A stretch of 64,000 nucleotides of DNA from Podarcis vaucheri (taxonomy: Eukaryota), in assembly GCA_965113315.1 (NCBI GenBank), contig OZ220368.1, one strand, 5' to 3'. Position numbers and translations under genes: made by a program. Under the pieces are notes generated by a model. That model made no database searches. It was not told the origin of the DNA and was given only the letters and a program-made list of their open reading frames with translations. Below are positions 35,196 through 48,399 of this stretch, one piece after another (within the stretch, counting starts at the first letter, position 1; each line of letters opens with the position of its first letter).

Positions 35196-35547
35196 AAAAG
35201 GTAAAGGGACCCCTGACCATTAGGTCCAGTCGTGGCCGACTCTGGGGTTGCGGCACTCATCTTGCTTTATTGGCCAAGGGAGCCGGCATATAGCTTCCGG
35301 GTCATGTGGCCAGCATGACTAAGCCGCTTCTGGTGAACCAGAGCAGTGCACGGAAACGCCGTTTACCTTCCCGCCGGAGTGGTACCTATTTATCTACTTG
35401 CACTTTGACGTGCTTTCAAACTGCTAGGTTAGCAGGAGCAGGGACTGAGCAACGGGAGCTCACCCCGTCGCAGGGATTTGAACCGCCGACCTTCTGATCG
35501 GCAAGTCCTAGGCTCTGTGGTTTAACCCACAGTGCCACCCGCGTCCC
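35196..35547 (-). mobile_element. Sauria SINE
   Basis: Family sequence; TSD TAACTGCAGCATA. Confidence 0.9.
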
Positions 35548-36140
35548 TAACTGCAGCATAGTCCTCGCATTAAAGTAAATTAGAGGCACACTTCAGTCGT
35601 ACATCAAAAAAAGATACACACATTTTCTCAGTAATCTCTGACGAATCAAGTGCATGATAGCCAGGAATGGGCAAATTATGTAGGTTTGGTTTCTCTGAGT
35701 TTTTCATTTTTCCCGCTTTGCAAAATTTAGTTCTCCACATTTCTACATCAGTTTGAAAAGTGTTTTGATAAAAAGTCCTCGTGAAAATCCATCAGCATTT
35801 TAGTGTTGCATTTCTCCTGCCAGATGTTAAGAAAATAAACACCTGACTTTTAGAAGCCCTGTATAGGGAAGTTTTTAATGGTTGGGTTTTTTAAATAATT
35901 TGTTGAAAGCTGCCCAGAGTGGTGGGGGCAGATGGGCAGCAAATAAACATATTAAATATAAATATATTATGTTTTAATATTAGCACATTTTAGTATACAG
36001 TTTCCCCTAATATAATGCATTTTTGTATGTTCCTCTCAATAATGCATGGATTTTGTTTCAGCCCTTACCCTGTTACATTCATTTTTGTACGCATTACTTT
36101 GCGTACAGTATAGTCATGTATAGGATTGCTCTAACAGCCA

Positions 36141-36476
36141 CAGACCCTCCAAGTGTCCCTATTTTCCAGGGACATCCCTGATTTTGAGAAGCCGTCCCGG
36201 TTTCTGATTTGATCTCAGAATGTCCCACTTTTCCTTAGGATGTCCCTATTTTCATTGGATAAATGTTGGAGGGTATGGAATTTTCTAAGCCCTGAGCCAT
36301 CTGAAGGCAATCCTGTATAGGGAAGTTTTTAAAGTGTTTTATTATGTTTTTATATATGCTGGAAGCTGTCCAGAGTGGCTGGGGCAACTCTGTAAGACGT
36401 GCTGGTATAAATAGTAAAATTAACATTGTGGAATGGGATGCCCCTATTTTCATTGGAGAAATGTTGGAGGGTATGC
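36141..36476. mobile_element. Non-autonomous TIR element with nested LINE-tail-like sequence
   Basis: CAGACCCTCCAA...TTGGAGGGTATG inverted ends, internal TGTCCC repeats. Confidence 0.5.
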
Positions 36477-36763
36477 AGCAGTGACCAGGATCTAAAGGGC
36501 TAGTGCATTATTCTAAGCCAGTGGACACCTCTTCCTTTAAACAACTTATCATCATCATCATCTATTTATTTATATTCCACTTTTCTACAAAACTGTGCCC
36601 AAAGTGGCTCACAACATATAAACAATAAAATTGATTCCAAGAATGTATTAGAAACAGAAGTACGTAAACATATTATCAATAAATACAAAAAACTAACCTG
36701 GATTTGTATAAAAACAATACAACACTAACGAAATTTAACAACTTAAATGAAACATGGTATAAA

Positions 36764-36921
36764 CAGTGGCGTAGCGTAGGTTGTCAGCACCCGGGGCAAG
36801 GCAAGTAATTTGCGCCCCCTAACCCGTGGATTTTAGCAGGGGGCAGAGAGCTGCGAGTGCGAGCACGCTCCCCCCAGATGTTGCGCCCGGCCCCCCCTGC
36901 ACCCCCCACGCTACGCCACTG
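36764..36921. mobile_element. hAT MITE
   Basis: TIR CAGTGGCGTAGCGT; perfect 8-bp TSD GGTATAAA. Confidence 0.92.
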
Positions 36922-38111
36922 GGTATAAAATAATACAAGCAAGCTAACCCAATCGTATAGCTTGAACTAAACAGAAAAGATGATAACAAAAAAATAGAGC
37001 ACCACCATGTTTCAGACAATGCAAGTGCATTCAATAGTTTGGTTCCGAGATTCAATCTTATCCCCATGTAGTAGCACACACTGTTTCAGCAAGACCCTTC
37101 AATTTTAAATGTAGTTTGTCATGTGGTATTAGGGGCTGCTGTTTCAAAAGAAGCAAGTGAAAAGGCAACCTGGCTTAAGGAATTAGTTTTGGATCCTGGC
37201 CCACTGCCAGTCAGGGTTCTGCTTTCTGAGTGATGGAGATGCTTCTGGAATTCCCTACACACGACAGCTGAGAGTTCACAACGTGAAGAAATCCTGGTGT
37301 ACCTTGACTCTTTATTGCCAGTAATAAGGAACATTTTTCTCCCCACCCCCCATTTCTGGGCCTAGGATAGAAAGACCCCCGCAAATAATCACCTTAATGG
37401 GAAACAATTTTACTGGAACTTTCATGAATATATGCCTAGAGTCACATTTCTCCCCATTTCACTTTTGGGAATATGGCAACCCTAAGCAGGAGTCTCTACT
37501 AACACAAATTTGTTCCACAAACAGAAGTACAAGTCATCAAGTAAATAGCGTTGGCCGACCATAAACACATTTTTAATAATTTGAATAGCGTACGCTATCT
37601 TTACTGTATTTTATTACTGGATTACTGTATTTTAATACTTTGTTGGAAGCCGCCCAGAGTGGCTGGGGAAACCCAGGCACATGGGCGGGGTATAAATAAT
37701 AAATTATTATCATCATCATCTTTCTGAATCCTCATATTTGAGACTGGTGAGAATTCCTCTATTAGAACAAAAATAAACGTACCTGTCAACAATGACAAAA
37801 GATGCTGTTGGGAAAGTGACATCTAAAAAAACACACCTGGAACTACACTGGCATTTTGAAAGGAGGCCTAAGCAGAATTCACAGACAAATAAAACTTTTT
37901 GTGACCAATAGGAGGAAATGTATTTTTGCAGTGGTGGTTTTTTTTAGAAGGGTTATTATTTTTTATAACTTCTCTACAGCAGAAGGGTTGGGCTTGAGGC
38001 TACATTACAGAATTTAGGAATAAATGTCCTGCAGGTTTTAAATGCGAAGTATTTGTATAGTCAAGATCAGCTGAGAGGGGGGAAAAACAAGTTGATTGCT
38101 GAATGCCTATA

Positions 38112-38303
38112 CAGTGGTACCTCAGCTTACAGACGCTTCAGGTTACAGATGCTTCAGGTTACAGACTCCGCTAACCCAGAAATAGTACCTCGGGTTAAGA
38201 ACTTTGCTTCAGGATGAGAACAGAAACTGTGGTGATGCAACGGGAGGCCCCATTAGCTAAAGTGGTTAAGAACAGTTTCAGGGTTAAGAATGGACCTCCA
38301 GAA
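38112..38303. mobile_element. Tc1/mariner-like MITE, one end lost
   Basis: TA|CAGTGGTACCTC start; reverse copy of the 29062 family. Confidence 0.75.
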
Positions 38304-38604
38304 CCTTACTTGTTAGTGAAACTCCATTTTAGAAATTTGATGACATAATGAGGAGAGCCCATTGTCAGAGAAATTCTAATTTATGTTGGTGAGTGACAGA
38401 ACAGAAGCTTGCTATCTGAAGAAAAATCGATCTTGTGCAAGCATATACCTGAGTTTGGGGCAACGGCTTTGTGGAAGGGGTACATGCTGTCTTTCATTCA
38501 CTAAAGGGAATCTGACCTGAAGGAAGAGAGACACATTTCTAAATATATTATTTATCCTGTGTGCTCTTAATTCTTGTTAACTTGTCTAATTTTCTCTTCC
38601 TCAG

Positions 38605-38673
38605 GAAACTTGCAAGTGTGATCCATTTCAGTAATGGCAGCCAAGCCTCGTTTGGAAGCGGCAATGACGTTAG
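38605..38673 (+). other. Candidate orphan exon with ATG (MAAKPRLEAAMTL, phase-1 donor)
   Basis: Branch-like TCTAAT, pyrimidine tract and CAG acceptor; TAG|GTGAGT donor. Confidence 0.35.
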
Positions 38674-39934
38674 GTGAGTTTTCCCACGATGAGTTGTCTG
38701 AACTGTCACATAGTAGTTGTCAGAGACTTAAGAACCTTAACAGTTCTCAGTACCAGTGGATGGTTCCCTGAATGGGAAAATCCCCAATTGGGTTGGAATC
38801 GGAGACAGCGCAGTGCAAGGACTGTGCTAGGTAAAATAAAGCATTTTGCAGTTAGAATTTTGAGAAGAGGCAGCTGGAGTTAGCTAAACAGAGGTGTTGC
38901 AGCCTTGGAGAGGGCAGCAGCAGCAGCAGCTGCTCTCTGGGAATCATGCAGAATTAGCAGCTGTGTTGCCCGCTAAAGGAGCACCTGTCTGCCTCCACTG
39001 TGTTCTGCTTGTATATTTATAATTGGAAGGAATACTACAAAGGCACCATTTGTCTGCAGTGGTCTCTTGTCAAAATTAAAATGAATCCCATAGTGCTGCC
39101 CCTGGAACTTCTCACCACTCAAGGAAGCAAGAGAAGACAGTAACACGAGTTTTTCCTTCTGCTCTTTTTGTCACACATCTTTTTGTATTTGCTACTGTTA
39201 TTCTCCACATATTTTATAAGCTGTTGGTTTTGTATTTATAAACTATAATGTAAAAAAGCACAAAGATAGGAAAGCATTGACCAAAGTATTGGTAGCTAGC
39301 CATGACTCTTAGACTAGGGCAGGAATGGGAAAGCTGTGGCCAGATGTTGTTGGGCTATAACTCCCATTATCCCCGATTATCGGCCATGCTTTATTCCCTA
39401 ACAAGTACATTTAAGGTTGCAGCTCACAATGTGTCATCTTAAATGCATTTTAACTGGTGAAAGTTCTACTGAAATTAGTGGGACTTCGTTATAACTGCAC
39501 TTCAGATTCTTGAGCCAATTCTGAACGGTATAGCCATGTGCTCAGTTTAATACATGCTCCTCATGAAATAGCTTTTTATAACAAATATAAATATCACTCT
39601 GTCTGGCTGAGGTACAGCATGCTGGTTTCCAATTTCTCTGAGACATCTATCAATAGCTACGTCTGCCTGTAAAATATTGCTTAATTTTTCATTCTGTTTT
39701 TAGACGGAAATATGCACAGCCTTAATCTTAAACCTTTGCACGCTGAGCACCAGATGAAAATAAATTGCGAGCCGGAAAATGGAACTAAAACAAAGGCAAT
39801 TGAAAATGACTTTGGGAGAAATATAAACTCATTTTTCCTAAAAGAAGGATTTTAAAACATAGCATTGAAACACTTGCTCTGAATTAATCCCACTGAAGTA
39901 TATGCAAAAGTTTGGAGGCTGAGGGTTGCAAATA

Positions 39935-40091
39935 CAGTTGTACCTCGGAAGTCCTGCAGCTAATCGGAAGCTGTGTCGGATGTTTGGGTTCCAACGAACG
40001 TTTGCAAACTGGAACACTCATTTCCGGGTTTGCGGCGTTCAGGAGCCAAAACGTTTGAATTGGAAGGCGTTCAGTATCCAAGGTAGAACTG
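39935..40091. mobile_element. Tc1/mariner-like MITE
   Basis: TA-flanked; similar to 6754-6979. Confidence 0.7.
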
Positions 40092-42831
40092 TATAGGAAA
40101 GAACCCTCACATTCCAGAGTTAGACTGCCTTCTTCTAAGTGCATAGCACTATTTGTATGTTGTTTACATGGCTGATAGCTGTATACATTACACACATTTA
40201 AAGCAAACACCTCATGAATCTTGGGAACCGTAGTTTAAGGGTGCTGATGACTCTGTGAGGGGTAAACTACAGTTCTTGGCATTCTTTTTCAGGGTAATGT
40301 GCTTTAAATATATGGTATATACCCATATAATGTGTGATGTATACACATTTGGTGTATACACACAACAGCTCACATGGTTTTTAAAGCTTGGCAACTCCAG
40401 GTAAATTGGTTTGGCAGTAAGTTTACATGAAGAACTTCACAATGCTTTAAAAGCTATCCAAGTCCACAAGCGGAAGGAAAAATAAAATTATTGACTGCAA
40501 GGCTTACCTAGAATAAATAAAGTTAGACAGTTTCTGGTCTTTTGAGAGTTGGCTTGTGAATGTTTTCACACAAGACTGGATTGTTGGAAGTATCTCTCTA
40601 ACAAGACTGGGGCACTGGTTCCTCCTAAATCCACTTACACATACAGACCACAGTCTTCCAGAGTCAGAGAGAGAACACGGATGTGCCAAGAAAGCATTAT
40701 CCTACAAATTAAATATTACCAGATATTCAAATAAGCAAGTCAAACTGAAAATCCTTCAGGGTTACCTGCCAATGTGACGTGGAGTAAGAAAAAGTATTAG
40801 CTCTAAATATGATAGTCAGAAGCTCTCTTTTCAGTGTATATTATTTTGGATTTCTTTCTTTTTATAACCTACCCGACTTTGATTTGAATGGCCCTCAAAC
40901 ACAACTTTTAAAGCAAAAATAGATCAGGTTTGCTCCTAACTGCATTTGTGATGGGAAAAGCACATTCTTCATGTCAGTGCATTATAGAGGAAAATGATTG
41001 TGTGGAACAAAAACAGCAGTTAAACAGACAAAGGCACCCTTCCAATCCTTGTCTATTTGAAAAACGGAAGGATTGATTAGTCTATTTTAGTTCCCATTAC
41101 TTGTGCTCTTTGCATTTCTGACTGCCTGATATTATATTCGTAGCTGGCCATGTCTGTGTTGGTTGCATATCGTGCAAGCAAATTGGCTCCAGACAATCTC
41201 ACAAGAGCTGGACACCCCATACAGATGCAGGCAATGCTTGAAGGACAACAGCAGGTCATCCCACTTTACAGATGGACCCTACTTCTTTTTATGCACAATC
41301 TATCCAAACCAACCCACTTCCTTCCCTTTTTCCTCCCACATTCAAAACATCCAGCCTCATCCCACTTCCTTTCCTTTCTTTTTTAAACTTCCTTCTCCCC
41401 TCTCCGCCAGCTAAGATGCTGGAAATACGGGGTGGGGGGAATTTGAATACTTATTCTCAAGCAAGGTTTACCATTGAGCCTCAATTTTTCTCTTCACAGT
41501 AATGGGCTTGCAGCCCAAGCTGCGCTCCCCTAGAACCTGGTAGAGTGTACCCATTTTCTATCACCCTCCTCTGCGTTTGGGGCCCTGAGACACACAATCT
41601 GTTCATGGTGATATAAGAGCTTTTGCTTCCACATCTGCTGTCAGCTCCCCTAGACATACAAGGTCAAAGGGCACATTCAAGATCTTCACATGTCAAGACA
41701 ATAAGAATCAATTTTAATTTTCAAAAGACAGAGCTATCGCTGAAGAAGATCACTAAATGCTACTAATTTCTTTAGGCCCCAGGGGTCTTGGAAGGTAATC
41801 TCATTAAAGGTGAAATACTGCCTAAGTGCAGGCGTGGGACTCAGCCTTAACCTCCAATTCACATTGCATTGCCTGCTAGCATTGCTTGATTAAATACTGC
41901 TTTATCTGACTCATGGATTAATACTCATCTTAGAACTATCATAAAATATAAGGTAAGGATGGCCTTGGGAGAAGGTGTACTGTACTGCCACCACCCTTCC
42001 CGCTATCTGTCCCATCTGCTCAACATGGCAAGTTCTCAATGCATGTTTCAGAAGGAAAATAATCACTCGCATTATTCTTCCCATCTTTATTCTATATTGG
42101 AAAAGGATGCCTGAGAATCTGCCCTTGAGGACGTTGAAAAATAAGGACAATTAGGCTGTGCTACACACACCCATTTACTTTGCAGCCTCTCCTCATATGA
42201 GCTGACTCAGAAACTGTGGCCATCATCCGAAGCCCTTCTTTGTGTGCCTCTTCCACAAGAAGTCTGGAGGGTGGAAACACAAGAACAGGCCTTTTCTGTG
42301 GTGGCGCCTCACTTGTGGAATGCTCTCCCAAGGGAGGCTCACCTGGCAGCTTCGTTACGCACATTGAGGTAGGGTTGCCATATTTTGAAGAGTAAAAAAA
42401 AGAGGGACACCTTTGCTGACTTCTACTTTTAAATCTGGATCGCTATGGTGACTCTCATTTTACATACCCATGAAAAAGAGGACATATGGCAACCCTAATT
42501 TTAAGCGCCAGGCAAAAACATTCTTCTTCTCTCAGGCCTTTGACTAATTAAACAATCTAGGGCCTTTTAAATTGGGAGGGGGGGAGAGAAGGAATTTTGT
42601 TTTTGTTGATTACTATGGTATGCATTTTTGTGTTCTTTGGATGAGGGGTGGTATAGAAGTTTAATAAATACATAATATTTTAAAAAAAATAAAAATCAAT
42701 GTTAACCACAACCCATAGCTATCCTGTATCTACCCTGTAGTTTATTTTGAAATGCTGACTGTGCACACATTACTGGCTAAAAAGACAGTGAAGTCAGTAT
42801 GGTTGTATTTCTAAGTCACCTGATGTTTGCC

Positions 42832-43075
42832 TGTTATGTATTGAAGTTCTCACCCTAGCCAGCAGGGGGTATTGTGTATATAGTTTTCTCTCAGGTCTAG
42901 GTAAGTTAATTTAGGCGGGAAACTCTGGGCTGCTATTGGTACAATGTTGACAGCCAGCTGCCTATAAAAGCAGGCCGGCTGAGCTGTTTGCTGTTCAGTT
43001 CAGTCCCAGCTTACTTATAAAGAACTACATGGAGAAATATCTGTGTCGTCTGCTATGTCCACCCACTACTTAATA
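42832..43075 (+). mobile_element. Probable solo LTR (244 bp)
   Basis: TGTTA...TAATA ends, near-TSD TTGCC/CTGCC, internal TATAAAAG. Confidence 0.55.
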
Positions 43076-43976
43076 CTGCCCACACCAGTGGGTGGAGAAT
43101 GGGCATGGATGTCCTTATATGGCTGAAGTTTTCAAATCAGATCAAAGCTGGTTTGGGGGGAAATTCATCAGAACACAGTATTTTCCAGGACAGATGTGGA
43201 TTGTAGCTAACTGTGTGTACAGAGCTTCACAATCTAATGTTGGGAGTATGGATGCATTCTCTGCCCCCAACCAAATTGTGAAATAAAGGGCTAGCTGCAT
43301 TTTAAGCCAGTATTGCATATACAGCCTTACAGCAGCTAAACCTGAGTAACTGTAGGTGTAGTCAGAAAATGTTATTGATGTCAAATATTTGTCAGTGCTT
43401 CAGTTCAAATTTACACCTCTGCTGCTGTTATTTCTCCAGACTAGAAGTGAAAATCAGTGTTAAATCCAGCCAGCTTGAGATGTATGAAACATCCACTATA
43501 CCTTCTCAAGCAATGTTCACTTTTTGTTTTCTCCATTAACATTTCAGATTATAATCTTTTTCCTTTTTTGCACATTCACCAAGCAGCAGAGGTGGTGGCT
43601 CAAATCCTCTGATCTTATCCTTGAATAAATATAAATCTCAGATAGCCAAAAGCTGGAGATAAACCACACAAATTATATTGCATACTACCTCTGAAGCATC
43701 TGGAATTGGCTGTATATTTAAAAAATTGAAAAATGCCCATTGGTCATTGCAAGTGTATTGCTCATAGCTTGAAAAATGAAGGAAACAGCTTTTTAATTGT
43801 ATTTTTTTAAAAACAACAACATATGAATATCCCAAGTTATTCTCTGTTGTAAGTAAACCCCTGTATGATTTACTCCCAAACTGACAATATTCCTTCTCTC
43901 TCTGAATATAATACTTAGGGTGGTCATTTATGTCTAAGAAAAAAGAGACACATATTTGAATACAATTAGCATCTAC

Positions 43977-43979
<3 letters not shown>

Positions 43980-44006
<27 letters not shown>
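43980..44006. repeat. (GA)n microsatellite
   Basis: Seen directly. Confidence 0.9.
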
Positions 44007-44010
<4 letters not shown>

Positions 44011-44256
44011 CCTGCCTGTTCAGTTTGTTGTCTAGGTGCCAGCTGTTGATGGACAACTTCAATGACCCTGCTCTCCTTTTTTCTGATGAATTATATTTAA
44101 ACCAGACTTGGGTCAGACAATCCTTCAGTAACAACCCTGTCCTCTGCAAACTAGTGCAAATGGCTACTTTATTCTCAATCCTAAACTCTCACTTTCTTGC
44201 ATTTTTAAAAAAGCGTAATGATAGCGCAGTCGGTAAAGCATCAGACACTTGTCTGA

Positions 44257-44924
44257 TGTCTTGAACCCCTGGCCTACCTGGCAGCAAGTCAAAATGTTGC
44301 ATCCAAAGTCCAAAATCCGGGGGTCATGCAGCCACACAAGCCAAGTCCAAAGTCCAAGAAACACAGTCCAGGTCCAAGTAGCCAAGTCTGAAGTTCCACA
44401 ATCAGCATACAGTTCAGAGTCAAACCCAAAGCAGAACCCCAGAGAAATCCAGGAGCATCCAAGCCAAAGTGCCTCAACATGGGCAGCTAAGCAAACACAG
44501 CACCTCAGCTCTGCTTCCTTCTTTGAACTTTGCATGCTGATTGCAGCATGGCAGCATCTGGGCTTGATGAGGCAGGTGACCCTCACCTGTTCTGAGCCTA
44601 TCACACACTTCCTTCCAGAGTTAGCGAGCCCCACCTGGCCAACTAGGGAGCTGGGCTGTGGGCTACTGCCTACCTCAGCCTCTTACAGCGCCACTCCTGC
44701 TGCTCCCTACGCCTCAGAGCCCAGTGTTCATGATGGGTCCTGCTGCTCCGGTTCCTGTGCACTGACAGCCATCCCCTTGCCGTCCTACATCACCTTGTGA
44801 GTACAGTCCTTCCTTCCCTATCCCCTGCTTGCTTTGGTTTGTCCCAGTCCCAGCCTCATCCCTTGCCAGGATATTCTTCTTCCTCCTCCTCCTCTCCTCA
44901 CCATTGTCCTGCCAGTTCATGACA
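44257..44924. mobile_element. Solo-LTR-like element (668 bp)
   Basis: TGTCTTGAAC...GTTCATGACA inverted termini, flanks GTCTGA/ATCTGA, internal CCAAGTC repeats. Confidence 0.55.
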
Positions 44925-46675
44925 ATCTGAGGGTTGTAGGTTCAAGAGCCTCAGGTTCTACTATCTTTGGTTTCTGTTTTATTAAGCTTTGCTCTTTGAT
45001 TCCTGCAGCTTGCATAGCAATCTAACCTCACATGTTCAATTTGCAAGAACACCAGCAACACCTAAGCCTAGGAAATAGTACCTTTGTTGCATAACTGGGC
45101 CAACTAATGCTGTATATCTTGTGAAACTATATTGGGTGGATTGACTCAGGAGCACATTTCCAGAAGAGAAAAGAAAACGTATTTTTAGCCATAAATAAGT
45201 TTATTGCTGAGAAACAAGTTGGGAAGGATGAATTTCCCCCTTCTAGGGCATCTTGCTCTTAGCACCGGAGTAGCATTGCATTGCTGGTTTCAGTATAAGG
45301 AGAAAGATTGATGAGTGGGACTTGGTGTGTCTGGGAACCTGATCTTGCATTAATGAGAGCACTGCTATACGACTGCCAAGTGTCTCCTGTCCAGGAGCAG
45401 ACAGAAGGCCAAAGAGCAAAACAGAGTGCATACCTAACAGTCTCATTTGCATTGCTGGAACAACACAAGCCCAAGCAAGGCCATGTCTTGTCAGATTCTC
45501 AGTGTAAGTGTGTGAACCGTGTGTTGTGTTGGGTGCAAACAGTGCTTGTTTTCATATTCTAATTTATTTAAGTGTGTACTATTGCCTAGTAATAGGACAG
45601 ATTTTTTTAAAAAGTGTTTTCTGTGTGTTTGAACCGTATCACAAGACAACCCAAAAGCAGCAGCAGCAGCTGAAATAATCACTGATTTAGAAATGGCAAG
45701 AGGCAACTATCTCAAGATGTTTCCCACTTGTCATATGTTTGGCAATGATAGCTTGGGTCCATGTTCCAGTCTGTTAAAGCCTAGAGGCTACTTGAAAGGG
45801 TAGACAGACTAGAGGGCATCCAAAGATGCTTGGAAAATGTGTGGGCCATTTTATAGGACCCCACCCCGCCCCCTCACAGTTTGGTACTGGCCACTGAAAA
45901 GATCTGTGGTAGCTCTTTCCTCCCCTCTGCTCACGGAGAAAGGACATAGCTAGGCAAATATCTGGATATTTCCTCAACATTGAGAGGACTGTCTTGCAAT
46001 GACTTCTGGAATTCTAGTTTGGCACATGGAAAGGGAGTTCAGATGGCCCATTGCTCACTACAATGGCAGCTGCATGTGCTGGCTCTAAGCTTCCTAGTCA
46101 TAGCATGCATGTATTGGGGCCCAAAGATGTGCTGGGCTAATACACCATGGCATTAACCTTTTGCACCAACCACTTTTCTGGTACGTGGCACAATACTATG
46201 AAATGACAACATTGTGACCTTACATGGGTCATGCAATTCTATGAAAGCTTCCTTGAAATGGATGGTGCTACTTCACCTACCATGTATTAACAAAGCTTGT
46301 TGTTTCACAGGCTTCTTTGGGCATTCTACTGTATTCTGGGATATTTTTATGAACAAGCAGTTTATACATTTTCATATATATATATAAAATAAATAAGAAT
46401 AGTCATATACTTAATTGGTCATAACCACATTAGAAGCATATTCCTAGTGTAGGGTCAGCATCCATTGTAGTTTTATTCTGCAACATTCATCAGTGAATGG
46501 CTGTGTGCAAACTACACATTTAAAGCACATTCAAAACCCACTTCCTCCCTCAAAGAATTCTGGGCATTGTAGTTTGTTAAGGGTTGCTGGAATGCTGCAT
46601 TCAGATTGGTTATAACGCTAGAACTTCTGTCTTGATTTCTCATGTTCTTTTTACACTGCAGTACCTGTTGAGTTA

Positions 46676-47040
46676 GGGACGCGGGTGGCGCTGTGGGCTA
46701 AAGCCTCAGCGCCTAGGGCTTGCCGATCGAAAGGTCGGCGGTTCGAATCCCCGCGGCGGGGTGCGCTCCTGCTGCTCGGTCCCAGCGCCTGCCCACCTAG
46801 CAGTTCGAAAGCACCCCCGGGGGCAAGTAGATAAATAGGTACCGCTTACCAGCGGGAAGGTAAACGGCGTTCCGTGTGCGGCTCTGGCTCGCCAGAGCAG
46901 CGTTGTCACGCTGGCCACGTGACCCGGAAGTGTCTTCGGACAGCGCTGGCCCCCGGCCAATAGATGTGAGATGGGCGCACAAAACCCAGAGTCTGTCAAG
47001 ACTGGCCCGTTCGGGCAGGGGTACCTTTACCTTTACCTTT
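46676..47040 (+). mobile_element. Full-length young Sauria SINE
   Basis: About 99% identical to 7999-8359; TSD ACCTGTTGAGTTA. Confidence 0.92.
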
Positions 47041-48399
47041 ACCTGTTGAGTTACGGAACTGTGGTTTTCTGATTTACTATGTCAGACTAAGTTTTAAATG
47101 GCAGGAAAGAATGCAACGTTAGAATACCTCCCCAACTTTCATCACGTGATACTGCACTGCAAAACTTCAAGGATTTTCCAAGTTAACAAGGTTGCAAACG
47201 GATCAAACAAATAACACAGAAAAAAGTGTCAAACTTCCACTAGATTCCCAGAAGTGGCATTTAGATCCTGGAAAGATTACATTAAACCTGGAAATTATCA
47301 GGTAAGGATAATTTCAGGATAATGAAGTAAGTGTGGACTGAACGCAGTCAGGGTTACAATTAGCAGAAACTCATAACAACCAACAGTGCCCAAAATTATT
47401 TGAGGGAAATAATGTGCTTTGAATGCGCTTTTAGCATGTGCAAACCCTCAGCTTGACAACAATGTACTTAGAGCACTGTGTATGTCTCCTGTGTATGTCT
47501 ACTCAGAAGCCAATCCTACTACATTCAATAGGACACACTTCAAAGTATAATGTGTACAGGACTGCAACCTAACTCAGTTTTTTAAAAAACCAAATCTTGA
47601 AAAAAGTACATTGTGTTCTGTACATATCCCATTATTCCTGCACAATGACACATACACACACACACACAGAGAGAGAGAGATCCTCACAACAACCCTGTGA
47701 AGTACTTTTGGCTGCAAAAAGGACACTGGACGTAGTCACCCAATGAGCTTCACGGCTGAGCATGGACTCCTGCCTATTGGAAACATATCCATGTACTGTA
47801 TAAAGGTGAGATTTGAAATTTTCTCAGACATATTTTATCCTCTCCAAATATTTACATACACAGATATCAAGTTTCCCTGCTCTGGCCGGATTATGAGCTT
47901 TTGACACGGTTAAGGCACTATTGTTCTAAGAAGCGCTTATCCGTGAGCATATTGTTTCAGATGGAATATATATATACAACATGAGAAAAATCTTGTTTGC
48001 TGAAGTCTTCTGTAACTTCAAAACTTGCATACTTAGATGCCAAAAGATGTTTGTCCCATAAAAGATATGAACTGGTTTAATTTCCACTGTTGCTGGCAAG
48101 AAGCCAGTTCACATACTATATGAAAAGGTGTGTGAAAATCCCAAAGGAGGTGGACCTAGATATGGGCACTGTTCATGCTCAAAAGCATTGTCATTATATT
48201 TATTACACCTTCCAAGAATGAACCCCAGTACTGTATTCTAGACAATTGACTTCTGGATCACAATAGAGCTCTGTTTGCTGCAATTAAAGTCTGCAGTCAC
48301 GGTCCCCGTTTGAAGTATTCCGAACCTTTGCATGCAAATTACAGCCTCTAGATAGAAATTATCTCCAGAATGCACTTTGAAAACGAGCAGGAAGAAAGG

